DNA of 64,000 nt, taken from NCBI GenBank assembly GCA_951406725.2, contig OX597822.1, positions 90,830,001 to 90,894,000 of the forward strand. Direction: 5' to 3'. This document shows positions 11,888 through 25,880 of this stretch, piece after piece (positions within the stretch are counted from its first letter, which is position 1; each line of letters opens with the position of its first letter). This stretch comes from Octopus vulgaris. Lineage: Eukaryota. A program made the translations under genes and the position numbers. The notes beneath the pieces were generated by a model, which was not told the origin of the DNA, searched no databases, and worked only from the letters and a program-made list of their open reading frames with translations.

Positions 11888-12119
11888 TCCAATAGCAGCA
11901 CTGAAATAAATAGGCTTCAGAACCAAATCAAACAAGCCAGAGAAGTTATTGAGCAGCTAGAGAAGGACCGAGAGCTGGCAATAGCAGAGGGCAAGAAATC
12001 TGTGTATGAAGCTATTGAAGAAAAGGACAAAGAAATAAGTGAAATTCGGGCATCATTTCAAGTTTTACAAGGGCAATTCGATGACCTTGCACAGTCTAAG
12101 AAAGAAGTAGACAGGCAAG
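11888..12119 (+). CDS. GOLGA4: GOLGA4-like exon 4 in window
   Basis: tatatag|TCC...CAAG|gtaact; phase 0-1; QIKQAREVIEQLEKDRELAIAEGKKSVYEAIEEKDKEI, resembling GOLGA4 AKNLIEQLEQDKGMVIAETKRQMHETLE. Confidence 0.85.
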
Positions 12120-12430
12120 GTAACTATACATCTCATTTTCACCTCCACCTCTATTTTGACAGTAACAATCTTTTTCTGCTTTGATTATAATTATATTACT
12201 AATATTCATATTTTGCCACTTTCGACTAATGTACAAATATATTTTGATTTAGAATGTCCCAACAAGGGTACTGGCAAGAGTACCAACAGAGCAAAGAAAT
12301 GAAGATGAAATTAAAATACATACAAGCAAACATGCATACATTCATATATACATAGATACACACGTGTGTGTGTGTATACAAACACGTTGAAAATGAATGG
12401 ACATCCCTCATTTCATATATATATATATAT

Positions 12431-14299
12431 GTAATATTGATAATAAAGAGAATGAAGAATTTGAACATTCAAACTTTATGTTTATTTCCAGTTAGTTTAT
12501 TCATAATAATAGTCCAACACATGTTTTGACTGTACCAGGTGTTAAAGTCATTGTTACAGCTCTTTACATTATTAGAACGTTGTATTTTGTTATCAATCTT
12601 TAGATTGTTGTGGTTTGACATCAGTCTTCCCTTATTAGGGTTATAGTTTTTATTTATATGTTTGTTACAATCATTAACCATATCCTTATTTCTAATTTTC
12701 CTATCCACTTTAGTTTCATTTCCATGGACTTTAGTTTTGTTATCAGAACTAACCATCCTATTATTATTGTTGGCTCCTGAGTTAATTTGGGCTGTATTAT
12801 GTTTATCGTCAATGTTATTAGTTTTACAAAATTTCCTATACCCAGCTTTTTCTAGACCTGTATTGTAATAATCTATATTTAGTTTTAAAATTTCTTCATT
12901 AGCAGAGAGATTAGAGATACAGGTTTAAATATTTTCCACTAGTTTGTCATTATGCTAGCTGAGTGGTTACTACTTATATTTATATATTTGAGGTTTTTGT
13001 TGGATTTGTGGTATGGTCAGTGAAAATTTGATTTAAGATCCAGTGTTATATCTACGAAGTTTACTGAATTATGTTCCTCTTCAATCGATATGCTAAGATC
13101 TAAATTTTTGAAGAATTTTTTCTGTATTTTTCTATATCTCTATTTGAAGGGTTAGTCAGTGTGAAAAGCACAAAAGCACATCATTTCTATATATAGTTCT
13201 CCTCCAACTCGAGCGAATTCCCTATTAATGCATGCTAGTATATAGATTTTGACTAAATCTGTTACTTGCACTGAATCTATTGAACCCACCGTTATGTCCA
13301 ACATATCTGGCCGATCTTCCTTAATCCAATATTTATCTTCAAATTTAATGATTGACTTTCTAGCTGTTAAGATAACATCTACCACATTTCTATTTCGCCC
13401 TGAGTTATCCATTGCATAAATTAGTGCTTTATTAAGTTGAATAGGGTTAATTGAAATGTAATAATTCAAGATATCTATTTGCAGCAATTCATTAGGAATA
13501 TTATTGAATCATTTAATTACTTCTAATGAACTAGACCATAGTTTTAATCTAATGGTATTCTTAAGAGTATGAATATACTTATCGATGATGTATTTACTAA
13601 CTTTACCTAAACTTAATTTGGAGGGGCAAATGTGTCTAACTGTGGGGTTTGTTGTGAAATTAGGTTTATAATCTTTAAGGTTAATGTATGCAGTTCTTGT
13701 ACATATGGTTCAGTTCTGTCAATTAATTCATATTTATCCATAATATCTTTTGCTTGCAGGTTAAGTTTCTTGAGGTTGTTAGAATTAGTAATCTTATAGT
13801 TCTTGATTATTTCTTTTAACCACGTGGTTCTTACTGCTTAGTAATTATCCACTACTTCTATTAATGCAAATAATACAATCAAATCTGAAATCCATCAAAT
13901 GGCCTTGTAACTATAAAGTATGTAGAATCAATCAAAAATACATATTCTATAAGTAACCACTCCCTGTCTAGCCAAGAACAGTTGCTAACTTTAACAAACT
14001 TTGCTGCTACTGCTACTGAATTTTCCCCAAACAATCAGTTGAGAAAAACATCTCACAGAAGAAAGTCAAGGTGTACTACAACCAAGTCTAATTCAAACTA
14101 ACAGCAGAAGAAAATTGCTCTTCGAATAATGTCATACCCTGAAGAAATTGTACTAATAATTCATAAATTGTTGCATATGAACATGCAACAATATGCAGTT
14201 GGTGCAACCAAAACACATGTCAGACTATTATTATGAATAAACTAACTGGAAATAAGCATAAAGTTTGAATGTTCAAATTCTTTATTCTCCTTATTATCA
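12431..14299 (-). mobile_element. Degenerate Penelope-like element with inverted terminal pLTR segment
   Basis: DITVGSIDSVQVTDLV and NLSANEEI...YNTGLEKAGY parallel the 42749 ORF; 12439-12537 is inverted at 14201-14299. Confidence 0.7.
14131..14225 (+). ncRNA. Degenerate type I hammerhead motif
   Basis: CTGAAGA-long stem II (ttgtactaat/gttggtgcaa)-AAAAC-ACAT-GTC; G12 is mutated to A. Confidence 0.5.
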
Positions 14300-14543
14300 G
14301 TAGCCAAGAAATAAACTGGAACATCAGATGAGAGCTAAAGAAAGGTTACTAAAAATGCACCATCAGAAGGAACCAGCCTTGGCATTTTTCCTCAGCAAGA
14401 TATCCTCTGTCTGGATATTGTATCCCTCCTCGTATTATATACAGATATATATATATATGCATATAAACACACACACACACACACATGCACAAACTGTCTA
14501 ACCCATGCCAGCATGGAAAACAGATGTTAAATGATGATGATGA

Positions 14544-14632
<89 letters not shown>

Positions 14633-16273
14633 AATTGCATACATACATTCACACATACGTATATATAAACACACACACACATGAAACGAAAATGAGCTAA
14701 GGACAATGACATACATTTGAACAACAATGACAATTAAGAATATATTAAATAACATAAAGGATGAATTCTTTATTTGTTGAAACTGCCTCTTTTTCCTGAG
14801 AAGGTAAAGCTCAGTTGCAATTTGTATGAACTCCAAATGAGCAGGGGAGATAATCTCAAGAATCAATAATTCACCAAAATTGACATACCATTAAGGAAAA
14901 ACCAATATGGTATCTGAAGACAAAAGGACAAATATGGATACATGTTTCTTCTTTAATAGATATCCTCAGCACAGTGATTGTGCTATCTTATCTTCATTCA
15001 GCAGATGAAACATTCGGGTACAAAAATAGTAGAACAAGTTATCACCTAAGTAAACTGCAGAAATGCAATAAAAATGAGCTAAGAAAAATAACTTAGAGTG
15101 ACCAAAGGTATGCATTTGAACAGTACTGTCAAATAAAGATATATTAAATAATATGCAAGATAAATTCTTGATTTATTGAAACATTCAACCCTTCCAGAGA
15201 GGGTTGACCAAACATTTAGTGGTAATTGGTACCAACTTCAGATAAGGGAAAATAATTTCAAGAGTCAGAAATTATTCAAAACTGACATGCTGTTAAAGAC
15301 AGTCTGTTTGTTTGAAGACAAGAGCACTGATGTAGACTCTGCCACTAATCAGAATTCTCAACACACCAGTAGCCATTCTCTGATATACTGTTAAATACAC
15401 TGGCTCCTCTGATTAAACGCACTTGTTGTAACTATAAAATCTCTATTGGTTTGTCTTCTGGATAGGAATAATATGAATAAAAATGTATATAGATATATGG
15501 TAAAAAGTATTACATAGATTCAACTCCTAACTTTGTGAAGGGATGCATCTCTGTGTGTCATCATGTAATAATGATAGACTTAATTGCCTGTTTCATTAGC
15601 TGAGGTGATATTCAAATTCCAATGATCTTTTGTTGATTCTGCTATTCCTAATCAAAATCGCAGGTTACAATTTTCAGCTATATATATGTCAAGCAGTGGC
15701 TGTTATTATGAATGATAACCAGCATCTACTTAGCAAGTGTAAAAATTTGTTGTCAGTTGTAGGCATGCTTATTTTATAGAATTGACACATGTCGCTTTCA
15801 CTGAATGTAGAGTGAGAATATGTACTAATAGGTAATCTACCAGTATAGATCTTATTTTCATGTATACTTAGGAACATCCAATATTTATTTTTGGATATAA
15901 CTCCATTATCCTATCCATGAACTCCTTGCCCAACATCTAGTGTTTGAATTGTGTTTATTATTTAAATTACATCTACTACCCATTATAACTGCTCCTCTTA
16001 TTACATATCTTATTTGTTCTTTTTCTTATTACAATATAGTTTATTATAACTATTTTTATTGTTATCATCATTATAATCATTATTATTGTCTTTGTAAACA
16101 TTTTGCTATCATTTTAATTTTACAATTTCAGTAATTTATTCATGTTAAGTTGATATTTGTCATCTTCGGTCCTCCCCGTACACATTTAATATATATATTT
16201 AAATATACTTCATGTCAAAAAAATATTCTGTATCATTTAGAGAGATCAAATAGTTTCAAAATGTTCTTCTATC

Positions 16274-16635
16274 TTATTACCTCCACCTTAGCGGTATTGT
16301 TTTCAGTTGTGTTTGTTTGTTTGTCTGTCTGTGGACAAGATATCTCAAGAACTGCTGGATGGATTTAGATGAAACTTTCAGGGATGTTTGGTTTTGTGAC
16401 TGGCATGAAATGATTAGATCTTGGGATCGATTTGGTGCCGGACAAGGATTCTGGATTATTTTTCCATTTTTTTTTACTTAATTTTTGAGATTGGTCGAGT
16501 TCATTTTTAGTATTCTCGTTTGTGAGAGCAGTTGAGTTTATTTCAGATATTCTCGTTTTAAAAATCGTCTCTGGCTAATCGTTGCGAGAACGTTGGTATT
16601 GCTTTGGCGGAGGTTTGTGCTCTCTGAGTGCTTTT
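16274..16635 (+). mobile_element. Helentron-associated (DINE-1/HINE-like) non-autonomous element
   Basis: ttattacctccacc...(GTYT)n microsatellite...ggcggaggt subterminal inverted repeat, 3' hairpin gtgctctctgagtgc and a T run. Confidence 0.65.
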
Positions 16636-17109
16636 GTTCATATTTAATATTACCCTTGATTGTTGCTGCAACTGTTAAATACTAGGATGGTACTCACTGC
16701 CCTTATATTTTAGTTGGATAATTTTTCTTCCGATATTGACCCATACATTCTAGTATATATTTTTTTGCATTTTGTACTGAATATTATATTGTACTCTGGC
16801 ACTCTGGACTTTTCCATTATTTTCTTGTTATAGTTCTGTAGTCACTACTACTATTAGTAATATTTATGCCATTATGGTTTGACATGTGTATGTATGTGTA
16901 TGCATGACTGTACATATGGGTATATGTATGAGCATAGATGTGTGTGTATATGTTTATATGTACTTGAATATGGATTTAGGAACTTTACTATTTCAAACTA
17001 ACTGCAAGAAATTGGTATGAGAATATGAAAGATCTTTAATAAAAAGTGTAAAATGGAATATAGTTGTATCTTTAATGTAACATATATTTTTTAAACTTTT
17101 TTTTTTAGT

Positions 17110-17320
17110 CTCTACTTGTTTCAGTCATTTGACTGTGGCCATGCTGGAGCACTGTCTTGAAGGGTTTTAGTTGAACAAATTGACTCCAGGACTTTTTTTT
17201 ATTTAAGCCTAGTATTCTACTGGTGTCTTTTGCTGAACTGCTAAGTTATGGGGATACAAATACATCAACATCAGTTGTCAAGCAGTGATTGGGGGACAAA
17301 CATAGACACAAAGACACATA
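17110..17320 (-). mobile_element. SINE family A, 3' half
   Basis: Matches 52240-52450 in reverse. Confidence 0.75.
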
Positions 17321-17344
17321 CATAGATATATACATGTATGTATA

Positions 17345-17399
<55 letters not shown>

Positions 17400-17443
17400 T
17401 TAAAGAGAATGACAGAACATGGAAGATATGAGAATTTTTATTA

Positions 17444-17549
17444 ATCACTACAATTGTTTCAATCTGTCTTGCATCGATCCCTCATGGATGGGATACTTAA
17501 CAACTGGTTTAGAAACATTCATTGATGTAGATGTGTCTCTTCAGGTGAT
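17444..17549 (-). ncRNA. Type I hammerhead with canonical core and extended stem II
   Basis: Minus strand atcac-CTGAAGA-~77 nt-GAAAC-AATT-GTA-gtgat; palindromic loop III; base of stem II imperfect. Confidence 0.72.
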
Positions 17550-18628
17550 AATTAGATATAACTTGTTAAAATAAACGCCTGTTCCACAAGGTATCTTCTC
17601 AGTTTGTGTAAAGGAAAGCAGCAAATTAAAAGATATAACTTCATTTAAATAGAAGATCAGTAATAAAAAAATAACATGCAAAAATGAACTGAATACACAA
17701 TACAGCTAAAAAAGTATTAAATATAACCGTTAGCATATATGGATGTATAAATGCCCTTATGTAGGTTGTATGGCACATACAAACATCCACAAAGATATAA
17801 GCATATGCACATGTGTGGTTTATGCACATATGTTCACACAGTGTATTAAGTAGCTACTTGGTGTTTATAAGAATGGGGAGGTTAGAGCTAAATTTAATTT
17901 GTCTGTACTTTAATTTGTGAATTATGATTATTAATTAGGTTAACAGATACTCAAATTCATTCCCACTGCATTGTGTGAAAGTGCATTCATATGCATGTGA
18001 GCATCTTAAAAGTCTCTCAGAAATTATATTAATGATCTTCTCATTGGTCCACAGAATACACAGGGATTCTTCAGAACAGAGTCGGCATCTCCTGAAAATG
18101 ATTGTAGTTGTGTAGCAATTTTCAGTTTCATAAATACAGGAGGCTGAAAAGATTGGCCGTAAATAGGCTTTAATCTTCTAAGAATGAGAGCACAGTATCT
18201 GTCAGTAGTAGCTTTAGTCATGAACCTGGTTGGTCAGCAGACAGCCATCTTTAAATACCATTTCTATACCTTGTTCTTATTCTAAAGTCTCATTTATATT
18301 CCAAAGTCTTGTTTATTTTCAAGTGGCTTTAATAACATTAACAGTAGTAAATGTAACGTGTATAGTGATACTAATAACATCAGTAATTATTACCTCATTC
18401 TTCCCTGCTGAAGAATCTGAGTACTACCAGGTGAGTTCATAAAGTTCTTAGGTATGAAAATATAACATGGGGCATTATACTATTCCAGATAGTTTACATC
18501 TTTCAACTTTGCAAGTTGTATGAGTGTAGATGTTGTTGACCAGCCTTTTGGCTTCTAAAGTTGTATCAGTGTAGACACTGTTGACCTGCTTTTGATTGCT
18601 CGGGATTATCAACTTTTGAGCTTCTCAG

Positions 18629-18819
18629 GCCGGTGGCACGTAAAAAGCACCCACTACACTCTCGGAGTGGTTGGCATTAGGAAGGGCATCCACCTGTAGA
18701 AACTCTGCCAAATCAAGATTGGAGACTGGTGCAACCATCTGGTTCACCAGCCCTCAGTCAAAATCGTCCAACCCATGCTAGCATGGAAAGCGGACGTTAA
18801 ACGATGATGATGATGATGA
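18629..18819 (+). mobile_element. RTE 3'UTR fragment
   Basis: Matches 42350-42540; (GAT)n tail. Confidence 0.85.
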
Positions 18820-18829
18820 GCTGTTGGCT

Positions 18830-19650
18830 TCTTCAGGATCAATACCACTTCCGGTTTCAACTGCCAGTGTTTCTGCTTTGAGATCGTTCACAAGTTCCTG
18901 GTTGCATGATGAGGTATTAAGCTCAGCTGGTGTATCGGAGAATTGTGTATCTCCCCTTGGAGCCAGATGATTCAACAAAACCATTTTCTCCTTGCTACTC
19001 AATAAACATACATGGGTGCACTGTGGATTGCATTCTGTAATTCAACTTTTTCTATTGCTGGATTGTATTTTGAGAATTGCTGTTGTGTCTTCAGGAGCGC
19101 AGGTCTAACCTTCACTAGCCATTCTGGAAGTGAGGTCCCAGAAGTTGAGCAGCAGTGAAAACTGAACAGCTTCTTGTGAGGCATAATGTTAATGACCATA
19201 CTGAGGAGGTCATCCTGCAGAGCATCAAGGAGTATGTGCTGCCAGTGACTTGCACTAAATCCCTTAGACTTCAGTGCCAAAGTAATGGCTTTCCATAAAG
19301 TTGAATTGAGCCTTTTGACCTGGTCATTCCCCACTGGATTGTATAGGGTTATCCTGCTGGTCACTATGCCTTTATCATGGAGGAATTGTCTCAGTTCAGC
19401 TGACATGAAGGCTGCACCACAATCAGAATGGATGAAAGAACGGAGTCCAAAAATCGAAAATAGCTGGCTGAGACAATGAATGACTGTAGTGGCTGATATA
19501 TCTGAACATGTGAATGCAAATGGAAAGCGAGAAAATTCATTGGTAACTGTGAGTAGATATTTGTTGTGATTAGTGAATGGGAGTGGACCCTTGAAGTTTC
19601 AGTGGCCTTCACACGTTTGGCTGTCAGTGGCACAAAAAATCTAGGCAACA
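18830..19650 (-). mobile_element. Gypsy-type LTR retrotransposon integrase remnant
   Basis: IHSDCGAAFMSAELRQFL...YNPVGNDQVKRLNSTLWK (DDE core). Confidence 0.75.
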
Positions 19651-19924
19651 GTAGTAAATATAACATGTATAGTTATAGTAATAATATCAGTAATTATTAC
19701 CACAATGATATAATATGGTTTTGCATGCCTTAATATGGACCAAGTTATGTTATACTTAATTTAATCTTCCTTAAGTCACCACACAAAATCAACCAAAGAT
19801 GTTGAATGATTTTCTTGAAGCTGGTGACATGGTTGCAATAATGATTCTTGAATGAATCAGCTGTTACCCTAATGTAAACATACTGTCCTTCCCTTGTGTG
19901 TAGAGAACATTTAAATATGATGGG

Positions 19925-20071
19925 TTTCTTTCAGTATCTGTCTACCAAATCCACTTACAAGGTTTGGTCAGCCTGAGGCTATAGTAGAAGACACTTGCCC
20001 AAAGTGTCATGCAGTGGGACTGAACCCGGAACCATGTGGTTGGGAAGCAAGCTTCTTACCACACAACCACC
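19925..20071 (-). mobile_element. SINE family A, 5' half
   Basis: Reverse of the tRNA-like head at 52025-52170. Confidence 0.75.
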
Positions 20072-20655
20072 TTTCTGAATAGGATACGAAGGATGTATAT
20101 AGGCCTGTAATAGGGCATGTAAACATGGAACTTCATTCCTCTATGTGTATGCATCAACAGAAATGCTATTAGGTGGAATCATTTTATGGATATCGCAGTG
20201 GATAATTACAGAATTGCTGTAGCTCTTTGTTAAGTAAACTTACTAGTTGTTAGTAGGGGGAGTTACTTTGTATATCTAGATTATTTACGGAACAGGAAAG
20301 AGCAGATAATTATCACATTTAGTTGTTGGAGAAATTTATAGATTCGAAACATCTTGGTTTTAAAGATTTTATGCTTGCAGGAAAATACTAACACAGAGTT
20401 GCAGTTCAATATTTGGGTCTTAAGAAAGAGAATTTGGTAGTATTCAGTGGTACAGAGTTGTCAAGGTTTGTTGTTTACTTGGTTGTGCATGGGACAATAA
20501 ATTCCAGTTAATACTAAATAGAATATTTTTGAACTTGTATGGTTTACCTATGTATATCTAGATTGTGAAGTGTCATTTTTCCCTTGGATTGTCAAAAGTT
20601 TGTGTATGTTGGTAATATCATATTTTAAACTGATTAGAAGTTGAATATATGTATA

Positions 20656-21806
20656 CAGGGTGCTTGGGCTAAATTTGACATTTTTTATGCCTCCTTTTTT
20701 TAGAAACAGCCTGATGTATTAGTGAACATTCAACAGTGCTAGAGAGCATAAGGATTAAAGTTGTAGTTGAGAAAAAGTTAGCTGGCACCGAGGGCTGGAA
20801 GCCATCTGAATATTGGAAAAAAGTTACCATTATCATCATGATTCACACTGAATATCAAAATGCCAACATCATGACTGCTGCTCAATACTCTGTGACCACT
20901 GCAAAAGCTGTGAGATGTGACATGAACAGCTGCAACAAAGACTTCAAAGCCATGGCCAGCAGGAAGGGATACTGTAGTCATTTTGATTGCGTTCACATGC
21001 TGGAATTCATCCCCACATCTTTGAACAGGATCTAAGGTTCAATTCAGATGACTGTGAAGCTGCTGGAGACTGAGGTCAATCCCTTTTTGGAGAGGGTTGC
21101 TGTTGAAAGGCCACTATATGTGGCAACAGAATTTGGTTCCTTGCCATACCTCCAGAAAGAGACAGAAGTGGTTGTCAGAGAATTTCTATGACTTCACCTG
21201 CCCCAATGTCTGCCCTTCTAATTTTCCTAATTGTAATTTTCCGGTGGCACGTAAAAGCACCATCCGTTCGTGGCTGTTTGCCAGCTCCGTCTGGCACCTG
21301 TGCAGGTGGCACGTAAAAAGCACCCACTACACTCACGGAGTGGTTGGCATTAGGAAGGGCATCCAGCAGTAGAAACACTGCCAGTTCAGACTGGGCCTGA
21401 TGCAGCCTTCTGGCTTCACAGACCCTAATTGAACCGTCCAACCCATGCTAGCATGGAAAGCGGACGCTAAATGATGATGATGATGATGATGATGATGATG
21501 TAATCCTAAGGGTTTACTTTGTGTAGAGCATGGTTGAGAAAGGCATCAACTACTCTGCCTGCAACAACAGGCCATGCTGTTTGGCCAAAATCAAGGAGGT
21601 GTATGAAGATCTTCCCAAGGACACAATGAGGAATGCATATACCAGATTCCAGAGCCATCTTGAGAGTGGCTACTATGAGTAAACTGTTATCTCCCAAACA
21701 TAATCTTGTTGAAATTTTTTGATTTTTTATAAAACTTCTGTTTTTGGAGGAGATAGTGTGTTTTCTTGTCCCTGTATGCAAACTGTCAGATTTAGCCCAG
21801 GTATCT
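20656..21806 (+). mobile_element. Tc1/mariner (maT/DD37D-like) transposon relic with nested RTE 3' fragment
   Basis: TIRs tgggctaaatttgaca / tgtcagatttagccca; WQQNLVPCHTSRKRQKWL...PSNFPNCN resembles WQQDxAPxH...PPNSPDxNP. Confidence 0.7.
21241..21501 (+). mobile_element. RTE 3'UTR fragment nested in the transposase
   Basis: Close match to 42286-42540; (GAT)n tail; tgtaat on both flanks (possible TSD). Confidence 0.85.
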
Positions 21807-21964
21807 TCTCTGTGACTGTGGATGGTGTCATGTTTATGGTTCCTGTTCTGCTATAATGTTACTCATGAGGTAATTTCTATTTAGAGACCTGATTGAGGGA
21901 TGTTGCAATTGAAATTGCTAGGACTATGATTACAGTTTTTCTTTTCAGACAGGATTCTACCACT

Positions 21965-22680
21965 TTGAGGAAAATGTCTTGGCTCAATATGTAGAAAAGG
22001 TGTAGATAGAAATTCCATGTGGAGTACTCAGTGCAAGCTATGGACGTACAAAATGTGCAGTGGGATTAAAGGAAGGTTAACAGAAAGTGGTCACTATGTG
22101 TGGAAGATATGGGAATTAAATTTTCTTGAATGTCTAGGATGATCCTTAGAAGTAGTTGATAGTTTTTGTTACTTAGGTTGCATAATTAGCAGTGATGGAG
22201 GATGTTCTGAAAGTATTGTTACTAGAAGAACAGGATGGAGAAAATTGTGAGAGCAGTTTCCTCTGATGGTAACAAAAGGTTTCTCTCAGAGCAGTGCTAA
22301 ATGGTGGTGGGACATGGGCCACAAATAAGAAGGGTATGTGAAGACTAGAAAGAAATGAAACTTGTTTGGATGTGTAATATCAGTGTGTATGTATGACAAA
22401 GTACAGCTGTGTTCAGAGAAAGCTAGGCATAAGAGGAATCAGATGTAGTGTGCAAGAGAAAAGATTGCACTGGTATTGTCATGTGATGTGTATGGATAAG
22501 AACAGCTGTATAAAGTGCCAGTCCCTATATGTAGATGAAACTTGTGGAAGAGAAGGACTCAAGGAAATGTAGAATGAAGTAGTGAAGTATCTTAAGATAC
22601 TGAGCCTCATGGTGGAGATAACGATGGACCAAAAGGATTGGCAACTCAATGTGCTTGAGAACACCCATCTATTTTGCTGA
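21965..22680 (+). mobile_element. Old RTE LINE fragment (zinc finger to C-terminus)
   Basis: Degenerate homology to 41130-41910. Confidence 0.7.
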
Positions 22681-23683
22681 AAGTGAGGTCCTAAAAGCAT
22701 TATGTTTATGTTTATACACTCACTGAACCCTACTCCTGCACCTAGTCTGTCCCATCCAGCTTTCTTCACCCTTTATCTTCATAACACCCATTCCTCCACT
22801 CATCTTACTATAGCACAATTCAGCTGCCATAATCATATAAAAGCAGAATATGCTTATATTTCATCCCCCTTTGTGCAGCCAGTTACCTTCCATTTTCCTG
22901 GAACTGCTTTCTTTTAAAATCTGTCTCTCATTCTCAACATCATCCTTTCCTTCTTTATTTTCTAACACTTACCATTTTCTATACCTCCCATGAGCTACAC
23001 CTTAGGACTGCCTTTACCTTGTCTTTAACATCTGCTCTTATCTGTTATCATTCTCACTACCCTGGAATATTTACCATTGCTGGTTCCCCACCTTTGACTC
23101 CCACTTTCCATTGCCACCCCTTTGTACCCCTGACATCCATCTCAGTCACTGTACATCTCTCCCTCATGACCTTCACTCACCCCTGCATGCACATCATGTA
23201 CACATTTTCTGATCTTCCTACAGGTTGGTTATACTGCTATTTATATCCTTCTCCTTCCTGAGCCACTCTTATTCCTTCATCTCCTTCTGCTATACTGATA
23301 TTTACCATTGATCATACCTCCACCCTTGTCCCATTCACTACATTCACCTCTACACTCATTTCTAACCATCTGTCCATCTCCTCTCACACTTTGATGAACA
23401 TATCCACTCACCCTTCCCAATTCTTTGTTCATATTCTTTCTTATACTAACATTCTTGTTTCTTGTGAGTATGCTTTTGATGCCTTGTCATCCCTATCAGT
23501 GTCATCTTTCCAGCTACTTCCTCTCTCTTTTATATAATGCAGGATAGTCATGTATTTCTTCTATCCAAGATACCCATGCCCTTCCCTCTATCATATTTTA
23601 GCTTCTCAATACCTGGCATAAAGCCACCCACTTTGTCATGGGTCTTCTTTTTGTTTCGTAAGTTATTTGATGACCTTATTAGT

Positions 23684-23873
23684 GATGGTGTCACAAAAAA
23701 GTGCCCAGTACAGTCTAAAGTATTTGGCATTAGGAAGGGCACCCAGCCATAGAAACCATACCAAAACAGACCTCAATTTAGTCTTTTGGCTTGTTGGATC
23801 ATGTCAAACCCTCTGCTGTCAACCCATGCCAGTAGAGAAGATGGACGTTAAATGTGATGGTGATCATGATGAT
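23684..23873 (+). mobile_element. Old RTE 3'UTR fragment
   Basis: ttggcattaggaagggc...caacccatgcc...gacgttaaa, degenerate (GAT)n. Confidence 0.65.
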
Positions 23874-25329
23874 TTAGTTTTGGTGGTTGCAATTGGCTTC
23901 AGTTTGTTCAAAGTTGTTGGCTGTGAAGTATATTTTTATGTTGTGTTTGTTTATGTTTGTGGTACTTGTGATTGGGCTGCAAGTTTTTTTGAAGAACAGG
24001 CTTTGCTATTGGTGTAAGACTTGCATGATGAAAATTGTTCTTTTCCTGTTTTTATGTTTCTTGTTTATTGTAATCTGGTATTATTTATGTATTGGGTTAT
24101 TTCTGTCTCTTTATATTCCCCTTAGGTGTATTCGTCAACAATCCTTTCACTCATATGCACACACAGCTTTACATACTGTAAGGCTAAGGATACACATGTA
24201 TGCTAAAAATCTATAAGTGTTTGGGTACATCTGGGTGTTTGTTGCTGTATATGTATATTTTTTTGTCTTTACAGATAAATATATATATAAGATCTTATGA
24301 GTGCATGTTTGATTCATGCATTTTTACTTGCACGCACGCACACACACGCACACATATGTAAAATAAATAAGGGTCTATAGAAAACTAGGCATTACAGAAA
24401 AAATTTCAAATATATTGGAATTGCATTTATTGTTTGGTTATGATTATTTCAATAACTGGTGGGATAGATAAATTAATTAATATGCTGGAACATACAAGTT
24501 CATGCAATATTAAAGTATGTAAGTATGGATATGCATTTACACAGATATATATATACATCTCTATGTATTTATAATAGCCATGCTAGAAACATTAGAATAC
24601 TCCTGTACATAATTCATAGTAATTTAATCCATATCAATCTGACCTTTTTATAAAAATACCCAGTTTAAAATTTCTTTAAAAACAGCTTCTAACACCAACA
24701 CTGAGTTGTTGTCGTGATGGTGGTGGTGGTGGGAGTATTGTTCTTGTACATAGTGAATTATTATTACTGACCATTTCATACTCTTTAATAACCAGTGCTA
24801 TATAAACAGTAAAACAACACAAAATATGACATTATATAATAACAATATGATAACAATATAAGTATTGTTATCTTCACATTTAACATTCTATTAAAATCAT
24901 TCTTAGCAGTTGAACTACTTTTTATAATATTTTACATGAAAGACCTAAGCTGACCTTGATTGCTTTGAGAAGCAGGACAATTGCAATAAAAGAGGATTTA
25001 AAATGTAGGTAAAGTGTAACAATATCATAAAGGTTGATAGTTGTTGAAAGCCCTGATTATTTGTGCTTCAGATGACTTTTGATACAGAGATAGTTAGTTC
25101 TAAAAACCATTAAGTAAGTCATTTAGCCATAATCCCTTTGTTTATATTAATTTCCAGAGGCTTTACTGCTGCATTGTACTGATAAGGTGGCAACTCAAAA
25201 TTTCTTAAATGTGAAAGAAAGTTTTCTTTTTGATCTGTTTGCAAATATTTACAGATAAGTAGAATAGTTGCTCAAAAATAGTTCAGTTCTGGAGTACTTT
25301 TTCCTTCTTGGAGATCCAATATTCAATAT

Positions 25330-25880
25330 CCAGAGATTCATTGCTCCTGAAGGAGGAACCCCTCCCTGGACTTCTTCCACCACTGTTAGTCTCTGGCCAG
25401 TCATGAGCATGTAGGCCCCAGGTGGCAGGTGAGATCATCTCACTATCTTGTTTTTGGTTGGCCTCTGGATCTTGTCCATTGTTTTCATGTCCATTACATC
25501 ACTCTAATTGTCCACTTGTTGTCCTTCAATCACGTGATGTGGCCAGCCCATTTGCTCTCCTTGATGGTTCTTATGATGTTGTTGACTCTAATGTGCTATT
25601 GAATCCAGGTGTTGGTTTTCTTTCTTGCAAACTGATCTGAGCATGATTCATTCCATCTTCCATTGGGCTACAATTGGGACGTTCGTGACGGTTGTGTTGA
25701 GAGCCCATGTGTCACTGTTTTAAATCATCACTGGCTGGATGTACTCATTAAAGATCTTTCTTTTAATTTTTGTAGAAGCATTGGGACTTCTCATGAAGTT
25801 TTTCACCTTCCTAAAGGCTTCCCAACCAATTTTTTGTTTTTAAACTTCTCAAAGATAGGTGAAGAATAATCTGAGTGAAG
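25330..25880 (-). mobile_element. RTE-BovB-like LINE 3' fragment
   Basis: Minus strand remnants resembling K..WAGHI.R..DNKW in the RT C-terminal region. Confidence 0.55.

Noticed and set aside
14700-15940. Possible old retroelement remnant (also 20100-20620 and 27640-28600)
   Set aside because: Too degenerate to assign by eye; needs an HMM/tBLASTx search
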